Source of the DNA: a virus
Strand: one strand, 5' to 3'
IMG/VR virus record: IMGVR_UViG_3300031251_000005
Location: 1-64,000 of that record
Length of the DNA: 64,000 nt
Positions within the stretch are counted from its first letter, which is position 1; each line of letters opens with the position of its first letter. This document shows, piece after piece, positions 1 to 10,130 of the stretch. The position numbers and the translations under genes were made by a program. The notes beneath the pieces were generated by a model that saw only the letters and a program-made list of their open reading frames with translations, made no database searches and was not told the origin of the DNA.

Positions 1-2
1 TA

Positions 3-2774
3 GTTATTTGGTAAGAAACTAATTACATCAAAACCTTTTACACTAACTGGTTTATTAGCAGATAAATCTTCAATAAATTCAGATTTAGAAATAGTAGTAT
101 TAGATATATGTTTAGATATAATTGATCTAGTTAAAGATTCAATGTCTGTAGTAAGAGCATCATTCTTAAGATCTTCTTCAGTTAGATAGAATACTATATA
201 AGGAGATAGAGCGCCACTTACTTGAGTTGTTATATTATCACCTATATAAACCTCTAAAGTGTTAGGTTCACCCATAGGTGCATAGTATAAATTAACTCTT
301 TCATTTAAAGTACCTGCAATTGGATTTACTTCATCTTTTAAATAACCAATTATAATATCTGGTATATTAGCAGTATAACTAGCAGTAGTAATAGCTGTAG
401 CTAATTTATACTTAATATCTATCATAGTTATACCCACTACTTGTAAAGTAGAGTTAACATAATTAGTAACTGGTATAACATTTCCATTGCTATCTAATAT
501 ATAATCGCCTACATTATGTATTACAATTGGTTTTCCATCTCTATCTAATATGGTATCTCCAGCATTATGTTGTATTAGAAAATCTATAGTACCATCTGTA
601 TTAGTATTATATAAAAACCCATTAGGTCCAGATTGATATATATCTTCTTTATAAGTAGCATATACTACACTTGTATACTTTTGATATTCACCTACTGATA
701 GTATTTCTCTAGCTGGACAATATAATCCAGTCAAAGCTTTACCAAACTCTATGTTAATAGTTTCTTGAGTAGCTCCTATTACAGCAGGCATATCTTTACT
801 AATAAAATATAGATTATCAAAATTGGTTTCTAACCCAGTATTATCTCCAGCTACTAAGTAGAATATATTAAAATTACTATTTATATTTAAAAATATAGGA
901 GAAGTATTATTAATGATATTAAACATATTTAGTATTTCAGTCTCATCAAATTGATTAATATCAAAATTAGTATTAAAAGTAAAAGTAAAAGTAGCTACAC
1001 TATTTGATATACTAGAAACACTATTTAAATAGATAGTAGTCTTACTAGGTGCATCATAATAACTAAGTTGACATAATACATTTGATATACCTGGTGGTAT
1101 ACTAGCAGATAATACTAAAATATAATTATCATCTACTAGTGTAATATTAGCCCCTATTGTTCTTATATTATAATTTCTATTTAAATTAGTAGCTACATAT
1201 GTTCTACCTAACACATTAGGGGCAGATAAGTAATATGGTCTAGCTGTCATAATAGGTAAAGTATAATCTATTACATAATGAAATGGGCTATACATATATG
1301 TTTGATTATTAACATAATCACATAAATCCGAATTAGATAATCCATTTATATATAACAAATCATCATCACTTAAAATAGATATATTGCCATTAATATTTAA
1401 ATAGATAGCGTTAGGTAATATAGTAGTACGTCGTATTGAGTGAGTTACCATAGATTTATTATATCCACCACCAGATAAACCCCCACTAATATTAAATGCT
1501 ACTGAGCTATTAGCTGCTAATGGTGTAGATACTAATTTATTAATAGTTCTAGTGGGTAAACTCTTACTAGTTAGATAAATTTTATCAGTTACTGAATCTA
1601 CAATCTTTTGTGTAGAATAACCTAATAATACTAAATCCATTATTATATCAGATGGCCTAATAGGAGGTATTGTAGCGTTAATATGATAAATTGATCTTTG
1701 TCTAATTTCATCTATAGTAGCAGTATTACTACCACCAGATAATGTAGTGTTAGATAAGAATAAAATATCATTTATTTTACCTAATGTTGCAGCGCCTAGG
1801 TTTGGATTTAATGTATCAAAATCTACCCATTTAGCTGAAAAATTATTTATAGGGATTTGTGATAAATCTAAATTTAATACTCCTAATGTAGAATATATAT
1901 CTACTCGTATAGAAGTAGCTGAAGTGTTTATATTTTGATAAATATCAGGTAAATTAACTGTTAATGAATTAGTAGTATCATCTACTTGTAATAGTAATGT
2001 AGGTTTAGTAATATCATAGACCATAGGGCTATGTGTAGTTAATATTTCTACCCACTTACCTAAACCAGTATTAATATATGCTCTAGCATAATAGAAAGAA
2101 TTAGAATATGCTATTGTTTGTGAAAAAGCCGCAGCACTATTTAAAGTATATACTTTAGAAATATTAGTATATTGGATTACAGGAGCTGTAAATTGTAGAT
2201 ACTGTGTATTATTATATACTACTACCGCACTAGGTAATAGATTGTTAGATAAAGGTAATAATGGATTTGAAATTGTAGTATCATAAATTACTTGTATAAT
2301 GTTAGTATTCAAAATATTTATTTGAATAGGATAACATATACCTAAGTCTGTACCATTTACCGTAATTAATGTATCTCTAGGAAATACTACAGATTTAACA
2401 TTTGTACTATTATCTAAATAAACAGCATTAGCTAATAATTGTTGATAAGGTAACATCACTGTTATCTCACCTTTAGCGCCAGTTGCAAATATACCAATAA
2501 AGTCTTTATCAGACATATGACCGAATATATCTTGTTGTGTTTGAGCTAATTGTTTATATAATTTTCTAGTGCTAGAATTACTAGCAGAAATAGCAGCAGC
2601 TGTATTAGTAGCTGATACTTCTAATAAAAAACAAAAAGGACTAGTAGGGTCTACTACATCATCTCCATTTAATACATATTCTAATACATCTAAAGAAGCT
2701 TGTTGAATACTAGATGGATTAGAATTAAATGTGTTTATTTTACTCAATAATAGTTTAGTAGCTGTAGTAGTCAT
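3..2774 (-). CDS. Large virion structural protein, probable baseplate component (phiKZ gp87-like); runs off the left edge
   Basis: Missing from the ORF track. ATG at 2774 directly follows the upstream stop (TAAATG). Reads MTTTATKLLLSKINTFNSNPSSIQQASLDVLEYVLNGDDVVDPTSPFCFLLE..., and the same frame is open at the window edge (...VISFLPNN). The VDPTSPF motif and synteny fit phiKZ-like phages. Confidence 0.8.
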   Translation of the reverse strand, partial: MTTTATKLLLSKINTFNSNPSSIQQASLDVLEYVLNGDDVVDPTSPFCFLLEVSATNTAAAISASNSSTRKLYKQLAQTQQDIFGHMSDKDFIGIFATGAKGEITVMLPYQQLLANAVYLDNSTNVKSVVFPRDTLITVNGTDLGICYPIQINILNTNIIQVIYDTTISNPLLPLSNNLLPSAVVVYNNTQYLQFTAPVIQYTNISKVYTLNSAAAFSQTIAYSNSFYYARAYINTGLGKWVEILTTHSPMVYDITKPTLLLQVDDTTNSLTVNLPDIYQNINTSATSIRVDIYSTLGVLNLDLSQIPINNFSAKWVDFDTLNPNLGAATLGKINDILFLSNTTLSGGSNTATIDEIRQRSIYHINATIPPIRPSDIIMDLVLLGYSTQKIVDSVTDKIYLTSKSLPTRTINKLVSTPLAANSSVAFNISGGLSGGGYNKSMVTHSIRRTTILPNAIYLNINGNISILSDDDLLYINGLSNSDLCDYVNNQTYMYSPFHYVIDYTLPIMTARPYYLSAPNVLGRTYVATNLNRNYNIRTIGANITLVDDNYILVLSASIPPGISNVLCQLSYYDAPSKTTIYLNSVSSISNSVATFTFTFNTNFDINQFDETEILNMFNIINNTSPIFLNINSNFNIFYLVAGDNTGLETNFDNLYFISKDMPAVIGATQETINIEFGKALTGLYCPAREILSVGEYQKYTSVVYATYKEDIYQSGPNGFLYNTNTDGTIDFLIQHNAGDTILDRDGKPIVIHNVGDYILDSNGNVIPVTNYVNSTLQVVGITMIDIKYKLATAITTASYTANIPDIIIGYLKDEVNPIAGTLNERVNLYYAPMGEPNTLEVYIGDNITTQVSGALSPYIVFYLTEEDLKNDALTTDIESLTRSIISKHISNTTISKSEFIEDLSANKPVSVKGFDVISFLPNN

Positions 2775-3965
2775 TTATTTTCCTTTTGTATCTAATGGCA
2801 TTACTGGTGAACCAGACCAAGGTGATAGAGTAGCTGCTCCGGTAGGATTACTATTTGTATTATTCTTATTCTCATTTGCAGCATTGCCTACTATACTCAT
2901 AATTTCATTATATTCATCTATATAAGCGTACCACTCTAACTCCATAGTAGGACTAATGCGCGGATACATTCTAAAGTTCATTAAAGATTTTCTAGGTATT
3001 CCTAGACTAGTAATACCAGATACTTTTATTAGTTTAGTAATTACACCATTAGAATTGGGTACCATATCTGGATTGAAAGTAGCCACAGTTCTATTAAATT
3101 CTATTATTAAGATAGGATCATCATACGTAGCACCTTGACATCTTAGATTAATCTGAATTTGATCAGACTCTTGTGACATATGTGTACCTAGAGTATATCC
3201 ATGTGGAGCACCTAATGGTGCACTAGTAGGGAATGCTATTGTAGAAAATATTTTTTGTACAAAAGTTCTAGATCTATCTAAAACTAATCTCCAAATTCTA
3301 GTTTCATAGTCTTTTCTATTCTCTATTACATTAATAGGAAATGGTAACATAGAACCTTCAGTTACTCTAGTTCCATATTCTAACCAAGTAGAAAACATAG
3401 CATTAATTGGATCACCTTCCATATTAGCAAAAGTTGCAGTTAAATCATATGCATTATAGATACCAGGTTTGCCATCAATCATGCTAATCTGTTCTTTATT
3501 ATATCCCTCATTACTAGTATATGTATCTGCTACAAAATCAGGTGGTTGTGATAAAGATATTAATAAGTTTGATATAGGTATAAATGCACATTTATCATCT
3601 ATAATTTCTGATCTATTATTATCACCAACTACATTTGGTACATCATCTTTCCATGTTATAGAACCTTTATCAAAACCAATTGGATTTAACATACATCTTA
3701 TCAAAGCACCCATACTACGTGGGTTACTATTGGCTAGAAAGCTCATTTTACGTATACCTATTACATTATAGTATGATAGGTTTAAATGGGGTTTTGTGAA
3801 GAAAACTAAACCTTGGTTATCAGAATTGTGTGGTATAGCAGGTATCCCTCCGAGTGCATTTAGCCCTCGAAAAACAGAATAAGTAGATACACCAATTCCC
3901 CCAAAACCAGGACCTCTAGATGCTAAATCATCTAAGTCTAAATTTCTATTATTAATATCAACCAT
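2775..3965 (-). CDS. Virion structural protein (phiKZ gp88-like)
   Basis: 396-aa ORF with GLVFFTKPHLNLS and KDYETRIWRLVLD motifs typical of this jumbo-phage family; coupled to the downstream gene. Confidence 0.7.
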   Translation of the reverse strand: MVDINNRNLDLDDLASRGPGFGGIGVSTYSVFRGLNALGGIPAIPHNSDNQGLVFFTKPHLNLSYYNVIGIRKMSFLANSNPRSMGALIRCMLNPIGFDKGSITWKDDVPNVVGDNNRSEIIDDKCAFIPISNLLISLSQPPDFVADTYTSNEGYNKEQISMIDGKPGIYNAYDLTATFANMEGDPINAMFSTWLEYGTRVTEGSMLPFPINVIENRKDYETRIWRLVLDRSRTFVQKIFSTIAFPTSAPLGAPHGYTLGTHMSQESDQIQINLRCQGATYDDPILIIEFNRTVATFNPDMVPNSNGVITKLIKVSGITSLGIPRKSLMNFRMYPRISPTMELEWYAYIDEYNEIMSIVGNAANENKNNTNSNPTGAATLSPWSGSPVMPLDTKGK

Positions 3966-3998
3966 GTTTTTTATCCATTAAAGGTAAGGAAAGTAAAA

Positions 3999-5237
3999 AT
4001 GAAAATAGATTTAACACCCTTAGAAATTGCCCAGCAAGCTGCAGGAGCTATCAATGCTGCTAGATTTTCTTCTTTGCCTGAGTATACTGCATCCACGAGA
4101 TTAGCACCTATTGTTCTTATTGATAAACGTGTATTAGTCACTGATCCTAAATTAACCACTGCTTTATTACAGACTTTACTTTCAGTTTATTGCAGTTATT
4201 ATTTAACTGCAATAAACTTATCTATGCAAGTTGGTAATGTTAAAGTTATGCGCTTATTAGATCAATTCTCCACTAATAGAGATTTATTAACTGCTGCTAG
4301 TAACAATATCGCTTTTACACTAGAAGATATTGATGATGACTCAACCGTACTACCTAATTATAGTTTAGAGTCTGGTACTATATCAGATGATGGAAATGTT
4401 TATAAATATAATAAAAAATATAAAAAACCAAATTATGGAGGTAGTATAAAATATAGTAACACATCTACTACATCAAATAATAATAGTAACACATCTACTA
4501 CATCAAATAATAATGGAGCATATCAAGCTGGTTTAGATAAAGCCAGATCTAGTGAAAAACCTTATAGTGTTGATAAAACCATTCATAACATTATTGATGA
4601 AAGTAATTTAGCAGTGGGTAAATTACTAGAGGTACATTTAGTACAAGGTAATCAAAGTGTAACTATTCCAGTGCATGCTACTCTAGTACCTAAGTCTATT
4701 GAGCCTGAAGATTTTATTGATATAGCTAAAGCTAATTCAGTTGATAAATCAGCTTCAGGTAGATGGCATCAATGGCGCGCTGGTGAAATTAGATTTATTA
4801 AAGACTATCTATTAACTCAAGATTTAATTGAGGCAGATAAGAAAGCTCTACTAGCTGATAAAACTGGTACTCTTTTAAGCACTAGATCTAAACGCACCAA
4901 AGGTGTTTTTGCGGCTTTATTAAGCGGGTATGCATCGCCTAATGCTGTTTCTACTATGATTATTATTAGTAAACAGACAGCTAGTGATTTAGAACTAGCT
5001 ATTAAAGGTAGTTTAAAGAATGCTCATGTTAGACAACAATACTTTGAAAGTAATTCTACTATGATGTTAGTAGTTGTTGATGTGCGTATGGAAAGGTTCA
5101 CTATTTATCAACGTGGTATTGCTGATTATAAAGAACATACATTAGAAGATATTAAAGGGAATAATAGTAAGACAAATGGTACTGATCTCGAAGCTATATT
5201 AAAAGCATACCAATTAGGTAATGCTGCACCTATTTAA
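3999..5237 (+). CDS. Internal head / inner-body protein (phiKZ gp89-like)
   Basis: 412 aa; NLAVGKLLEV and RWHQWRAGEIRFIKDY motifs; TLE/SLE candidate processing sites; divergent from the gp88-like gene. Confidence 0.7.
   Translation: MKIDLTPLEIAQQAAGAINAARFSSLPEYTASTRLAPIVLIDKRVLVTDPKLTTALLQTLLSVYCSYYLTAINLSMQVGNVKVMRLLDQFSTNRDLLTAASNNIAFTLEDIDDDSTVLPNYSLESGTISDDGNVYKYNKKYKKPNYGGSIKYSNTSTTSNNNSNTSTTSNNNGAYQAGLDKARSSEKPYSVDKTIHNIIDESNLAVGKLLEVHLVQGNQSVTIPVHATLVPKSIEPEDFIDIAKANSVDKSASGRWHQWRAGEIRFIKDYLLTQDLIEADKKALLADKTGTLLSTRSKRTKGVFAALLSGYASPNAVSTMIIISKQTASDLELAIKGSLKNAHVRQQYFESNSTMMLVVVDVRMERFTIYQRGIADYKEHTLEDIKGNNSKTNGTDLEAILKAYQLGNAAPI
4453..4514 (+). repeat. 30-bp in-frame tandem duplication (SNTSTTSNNN x2)
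   Basis: atagtaacacatctactacatcaaataata occurs twice in tandem. Confidence 0.9.
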
Positions 5238-5281
5238 TTAAGATAAATATATTACTATTATTACTTTATAGGATTTAGAAA

Positions 5282-6190
5282 ATGGCAGTATCAATTTACA
5301 ATATGGGAAATTATTTTAAATCTTTATTACCATCTTTTAAAAGGAAAGATGTAATAACAGATGCATTGCATAGTTTTGAAGAACTTAGCACTACTATTCA
5401 GTCAGCTTATTCTTTAGCTATTCCTGAGTTAAAAGGTAAAACTTTAGATAATACTACAGTTCAATTTAAAAGACAAATAAATAGTTTTGATAAATCTACT
5501 TTTAAAACAATTGCTAAAGCTATTGATATTATCTTAGATAATCAAGATAAAATTACAGAAGTTATTCATAGTGAATTTACTGATGAGACTCTAAAAATAA
5601 ATGTAGATTATTATAAACTAAACTTACTAAAATATCTAGAAGCTATTAATCTATTTAATGACTACACTAGAATGTGGTTAAATGCAGTAGTATATGAAAC
5701 TCTAGTGGAAAAGAATATTTTAGTAGGGATTGATAGTCCTACTATTAAAAAAGATATTGCTCATGTAAATTCTTTAGATTTAATTTCTAGCTTTGCTACT
5801 GCTGTAAATATGTTAGCTATTCCTTTTAGTGAATTTTTAACTTCTATTAAGAGTTTAAAAGGACATTTATATAATGAGAGTGATTGGGATTCTGGGCACA
5901 ACATAATAAATAATAAATTAGATCCATTTAGATCTAATTTCTTGCCTGTAAATTGGAATCCTTTTTATCATCTTGGTTTAATGGTAAATGCGTGGCGCAT
6001 GGCTAAATATGAGCGTAATAAAGCAGAATTAGCAAGATTACAATTAATGTTATTATCATTAGATCAACAAAAAGAAGTAGCTACTAGTCAAGAAAAGAAA
6101 GATAATCTTGAAAAACAAATCAAGTATTATTCTAACCTAAGTAACAAGATCTCTGCTAAAATAGAAGACCTTGAAGAATCAGCTAGGTAA
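5282..6190 (+). CDS. Internal head protein (phiKZ gp90-like)
   Basis: 302 aa; N-terminal LLPSF, a NPFYHLGL motif and a C-terminal coiled coil; synteny. Confidence 0.65.
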   Translation: MAVSIYNMGNYFKSLLPSFKRKDVITDALHSFEELSTTIQSAYSLAIPELKGKTLDNTTVQFKRQINSFDKSTFKTIAKAIDIILDNQDKITEVIHSEFTDETLKINVDYYKLNLLKYLEAINLFNDYTRMWLNAVVYETLVEKNILVGIDSPTIKKDIAHVNSLDLISSFATAVNMLAIPFSEFLTSIKSLKGHLYNESDWDSGHNIINNKLDPFRSNFLPVNWNPFYHLGLMVNAWRMAKYERNKAELARLQLMLLSLDQQKEVATSQEKKDNLEKQIKYYSNLSNKISAKIEDLEESAR

Positions 6191-6830
6191 CAATATGATA
6201 GAATTTGATCAAAATGTATGTCTATTAGTTCATACTATCTTTAAGGATCAGTATAATACCCCTAATCGTAAGTTACCATTTTTAATGGAAATCTTAAAAC
6301 TAGTAAACACTTATAATGTTAATTTACCAGCATTTAATAAGAGTGTAGCTTATTGGGAATTTATGAATGCTTGTTTAAAGAATATTGAAATGGGCACATG
6401 GGTTACTTTACCTAGATTCTGGATAGAATATTGTTGCGCTTCTTCTCATTTGCCTTTAACAGAGTTAGAAGCTAAACTAGAATATAAGAAGTATTTAGCT
6501 AATAGAGAAACTATATTAAAAAGATTAGGATTACCTATCCAAGAACAAAATGACAAATATGTTATTTTATATTGGGCTAGAATTAAAAAGAATGATGAGA
6601 ATATAATGGGTATAGCACATGCTTTATTGAGAATATACTTATATTTTCAAAAAGGACATTTACATGGAATAGAGAATAATGGAGCAGTGGGTCCTAAACC
6701 ATTAGATCAATCTATTTGGCCTTCTTTTGATAGTGCTAATTTAAACTCTAACCCATTAGTTGGTAATAATAAATTTGAAGTATTAAAATATAATGCCTTT
6801 GGCAATGATGATAGAAATAGAATGATCTAA
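6171..6830 (+). CDS. Hypothetical conserved jumbo-phage protein (head cluster); ATG at 6195 is the likelier start
   Basis: 219-aa ORF in the head operon. Confidence 0.6.
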   Translation: MKNQLGNNMIEFDQNVCLLVHTIFKDQYNTPNRKLPFLMEILKLVNTYNVNLPAFNKSVAYWEFMNACLKNIEMGTWVTLPRFWIEYCCASSHLPLTELEAKLEYKKYLANRETILKRLGLPIQEQNDKYVILYWARIKKNDENIMGIAHALLRIYLYFQKGHLHGIENNGAVGPKPLDQSIWPSFDSANLNSNPLVGNNKFEVLKYNAFGNDDRNRMI

Positions 6831-6839
6831 GGAGTTTCT

Positions 6840-7052
6840 ATGAGTGATGCACTACCAATTGTTAGAGATTCTAAAGGTAGAATCTCACATGTACAAAAAA
6901 GAAAACTAATGTTAGCTATTGTTAGCCCTAAATTACCAGGGCCAGCTAAAAAGATAATTCAAAAATGGCTAACTACACGTACCCCAGTAGTGGGTAGTAC
7001 CAGTCTATATAACGCTTTAGTAGCAGCACAAAACATTAAAGCTATTTGGTAA
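6840..7052 (+). CDS. Small basic protein, homologous to the N-terminal domain of ORF 43119-43673
   Basis: Strong RBS (TAAGGAG); aligns by eye with the first ~70 aa of the 184-aa fibre-cluster protein. Confidence 0.75.
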   Translation: MSDALPIVRDSKGRISHVQKRKLMLAIVSPKLPGPAKKIIQKWLTTRTPVVGSTSLYNALVAAQNIKAIW

Positions 7053-7062
7053 ATAAATTTAG

Positions 7063-7105
7063 AATACATAAGGTTAGTATATTAAATATACTAATCTTAT
7101 GTATT
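7063..7105. terminator. Intergenic inverted repeat
   Basis: aatacataaggttagtatat-taa-atatactaatcttatgtatt (one G-T pair). Confidence 0.55.
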
Positions 7106-7160
7106 TAATACAACTGAAGTACTTTTAATTAATTAATTAAACATATTTAGGATATACAAA

Positions 7161-8501
7161 ATGAGAAGATTAGACTTAGGTTTAGAAGAAATTCAAGAAG
7201 TAATTGATTTTGGTGATGACAGTGAATTAACTGTATATGGAGAAAACGAATTCGAAAGTAGCGGTGCTACTGATGTTTTGGAATCTGCTATTGAAACTGC
7301 TTCTGAAGCAGCAGTTGGTTTGGAAGAAATTAAAGAAGCTTTGGAACTATCGTTGACCAATGGTGGATTGACTGAACAAGGTGCACTCTTTGCTAATATT
7401 GCTATTAAAAATACAGTAGCTGCTGGTTATGGCGTCGCTAAACCATTGCCATCAATGGAATCTATTAATAGTAATACTGGTCGTATGCAAATTACTGGTT
7501 TTGCTTTAGAGACTGTTAATAAAGAAGCAGAAGGTATTTTTGCGCGTATTAAAGCCTTTATTCAAAAATGGATTCAAAAAGTAGTAGAATTTTGGAATAA
7601 ATATATTAGTAATGTAGGCCGATTAGTTTTTAGTGCAAAAAAATTAGCAACCAAAGCCCGTGAACATAAAGGTGTGGTAAAAGAAAAAGAGATTGAACTA
7701 AGCGGCGCACTTTTAGAAAATTTACAAATTAATAGTGAAATTAATTTTTCAAAAATTATTGCTGGTATTAAAAGTTTAGAGACCACAGTAAACCCAAAAA
7801 ATTCAGAAACAATAGCTTTAATTCTTGAACAAACAGCAGAAAAACTAAGTAACTTTGATGTTTCTACCGTTGAAAAAGCTGAAGCACTGAAAACCATTTT
7901 AGATGGAGAAATATTTAGTTCAGATCACGAGATTGCTCAATGGAAATCCGGTGGTTGGACCGAATCTACTTATAAACAATTTTTATCTACCAACACGGTT
8001 ACATATTTAGTCACACCTAAACTCATTGGTGATAAGATCAATGTTGTTGAAATTAAAAATGATTTAAGTGGTCGTACTACTGGTATTAAAGTGGCATTAA
8101 AAGACATACCTGGGGTTGGAAGATTAATCAAAGCTCAAAAAGTTAAAGCTTTAACACCTGATGAAATTGAAACCGCAGCTAATGCCGTTGTCAGCATAGC
8201 AGGTCACATTGTATCATTTAAAAATGTTATTTCTGAAAGAGAAAAAATTGTTAATAACATTGTTAAGTCTGCTGAAAAACTTTCTTCTAAATTAGAAAAA
8301 ACTAACTTAGAAGCTTCTAAAACAGAAACATATGTTTTTCTGAAATTTTATTTATCTAGTATTCCAGCAATCGCTCAAGCTACTGTTGCACCAATTCTTG
8401 ATGCACAAAAAGTTGCAACTGGTTCTAGTAGAAGTTTGTATGATTATGCGGTATATTCTTACAAAAATCTAGGGGAAAAATCAACAGATAAAAAAGATTA
8501 A
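7161..8501 (+). CDS. Internal head protein (phiKZ gp93/gp95 paralog family-like)
   Basis: Acidic propeptide-like N-terminus with GLE/ALE/SME motifs, followed by the amphipathic helix IFARIKAFIQKWIQKVVEFWNK. Confidence 0.75.
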   Translation: MRRLDLGLEEIQEVIDFGDDSELTVYGENEFESSGATDVLESAIETASEAAVGLEEIKEALELSLTNGGLTEQGALFANIAIKNTVAAGYGVAKPLPSMESINSNTGRMQITGFALETVNKEAEGIFARIKAFIQKWIQKVVEFWNKYISNVGRLVFSAKKLATKAREHKGVVKEKEIELSGALLENLQINSEINFSKIIAGIKSLETTVNPKNSETIALILEQTAEKLSNFDVSTVEKAEALKTILDGEIFSSDHEIAQWKSGGWTESTYKQFLSTNTVTYLVTPKLIGDKINVVEIKNDLSGRTTGIKVALKDIPGVGRLIKAQKVKALTPDEIETAANAVVSIAGHIVSFKNVISEREKIVNNIVKSAEKLSSKLEKTNLEASKTETYVFLKFYLSSIPAIAQATVAPILDAQKVATGSSRSLYDYAVYSYKNLGEKSTDKKD

Positions 8502-8527
8502 TTAACTATTAGTTGATTAGCTATATT

Positions 8528-8557
8528 AGGAGAGTAGGGGATATCCCCTACTCTCCT
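8528..8557 (+). terminator. Rho-independent terminator (perfect 30-bp palindrome + T run)
   Basis: aggagagtaggggatatcccctactctcct followed by ttttt. Confidence 0.85.
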
Positions 8558-8630
8558 TTTTTATGCTGTTCTTTATTAATATGATCGATAATCGTATAGT
8601 AACCAAGAACATCTACTGAGGTAATAATAT

Positions 8631-10130
8631 ATGCCTAAATTAGTAATACCAGTAGCAGATACAGATAGTACTATTAGTAGACTAGTTGTTAAATCTGTTA
8701 TTGAACAACTTTTATATTCTACAGAGATAGAATATATTAAAGATATAGTTTATCATCAACGTGGTGATATCAATGCTACTTCACAATTATATAACAGCAA
8801 TGAAACTTTGAGATTGGAAGTGAATGATTTAATAGAAGTAGATTATAAGAGTACTCAAGATGAAGATACCTTCGATTTTACTAAGTATCAGTTTGAATAT
8901 CCACCTATATTTATAGCTAAAGAGTTAGGTATTAATATTCATCCAATGCATGCTAAAGAACAATTAACTATTAATTTCACATATAGATCTAAAAGTTACG
9001 ATAAATTAACTACTTGGTTAAACAGCTTTAGACGTAAAATTAATATATCCTCACCTAGTGCTTTTCATGATATACAATATAACTATAGTATACCATCTGA
9101 CTTATCTGCTTATTTACATCAGGTATATACATTACAAGAGACAGTAGCTCCATATGGAATTACATTAAGAGATTTCTTATTACAGAATTTTGCCAATAGT
9201 GGATTAGTAACTAGACGCAATCAAAGTGATACTAAACAAACCTTAGCTATGAATGTTAAGAATACTGGTTGTTTAGGTATGTTTACCGTATTACCTGAGA
9301 TACAAGAAACTGGACATGAACCACCTCTATCTATGGTTACTTTTACTTATGTTATTAGATATGATAGAGTAACCTCTTTATTATTGGAATATCAAAAGTA
9401 TATTCATAATCAAGTGATAGATTTACAGTTTATTAATAAATACCATGATCGTAGATATCATAATAACCCACATTCTGGTATCACTACTTTTTCTCAATCA
9501 GTTAATAAAGCCACAGCAAATCAATATGGTTTATTAGATTATCCAGACAATGGAGTATATACTGGAGATGGTTGGTATCCTAAGTTAAACTTTGAACATG
9601 TTAAATCTAGTCAGATTATCCCTATCCAAATGGATTTAACTAACTTAAGATCAGTTTTAGATTTAAATCTATTATCTACTGTAGGTTTTCCTCAGTGGTT
9701 ACTTACATTAATGGGTAGATTTTATTCTCATTTATGTACACCATATAAATGGCCTTATTTATTTGAAGTCTTTGAAGTAAATTCAAAAGATACATTATTA
9801 CCAGTTTTTGTAGATAGTAATTTTCATCTAGTATCTGAGATAGATATGAACCCTAGAAATAGGTATTATATTAGAATTACATTATTTACTTTTTTATTTA
9901 ATGTAGACTTTACTGATTTATATACTGAACCAGCTACTCTATTACAATTATTACAATATATAAATCCTAAAGTTACCCTAGATATAATAGGGAATGGTAG
10001 TTATGCTACTCCACAGAGTGTATTTAAAGCTCTAAATCTTATAAATAATAGTGACTCAATATTAATGGGGTTACCTACACAAATGTTTTCAAATTTAATT
10101 GTTAGGAGAATGACTGATGCCACTGTATAA
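8631..10130 (+). CDS. Virion structural protein (phiKZ gp98-like)
   Basis: 499-aa ORF with GAGG RBS; position in the conserved block. Confidence 0.55.
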   Translation: MPKLVIPVADTDSTISRLVVKSVIEQLLYSTEIEYIKDIVYHQRGDINATSQLYNSNETLRLEVNDLIEVDYKSTQDEDTFDFTKYQFEYPPIFIAKELGINIHPMHAKEQLTINFTYRSKSYDKLTTWLNSFRRKINISSPSAFHDIQYNYSIPSDLSAYLHQVYTLQETVAPYGITLRDFLLQNFANSGLVTRRNQSDTKQTLAMNVKNTGCLGMFTVLPEIQETGHEPPLSMVTFTYVIRYDRVTSLLLEYQKYIHNQVIDLQFINKYHDRRYHNNPHSGITTFSQSVNKATANQYGLLDYPDNGVYTGDGWYPKLNFEHVKSSQIIPIQMDLTNLRSVLDLNLLSTVGFPQWLLTLMGRFYSHLCTPYKWPYLFEVFEVNSKDTLLPVFVDSNFHLVSEIDMNPRNRYYIRITLFTFLFNVDFTDLYTEPATLLQLLQYINPKVTLDIIGNGSYATPQSVFKALNLINNSDSILMGLPTQMFSNLIVRRMTDATV

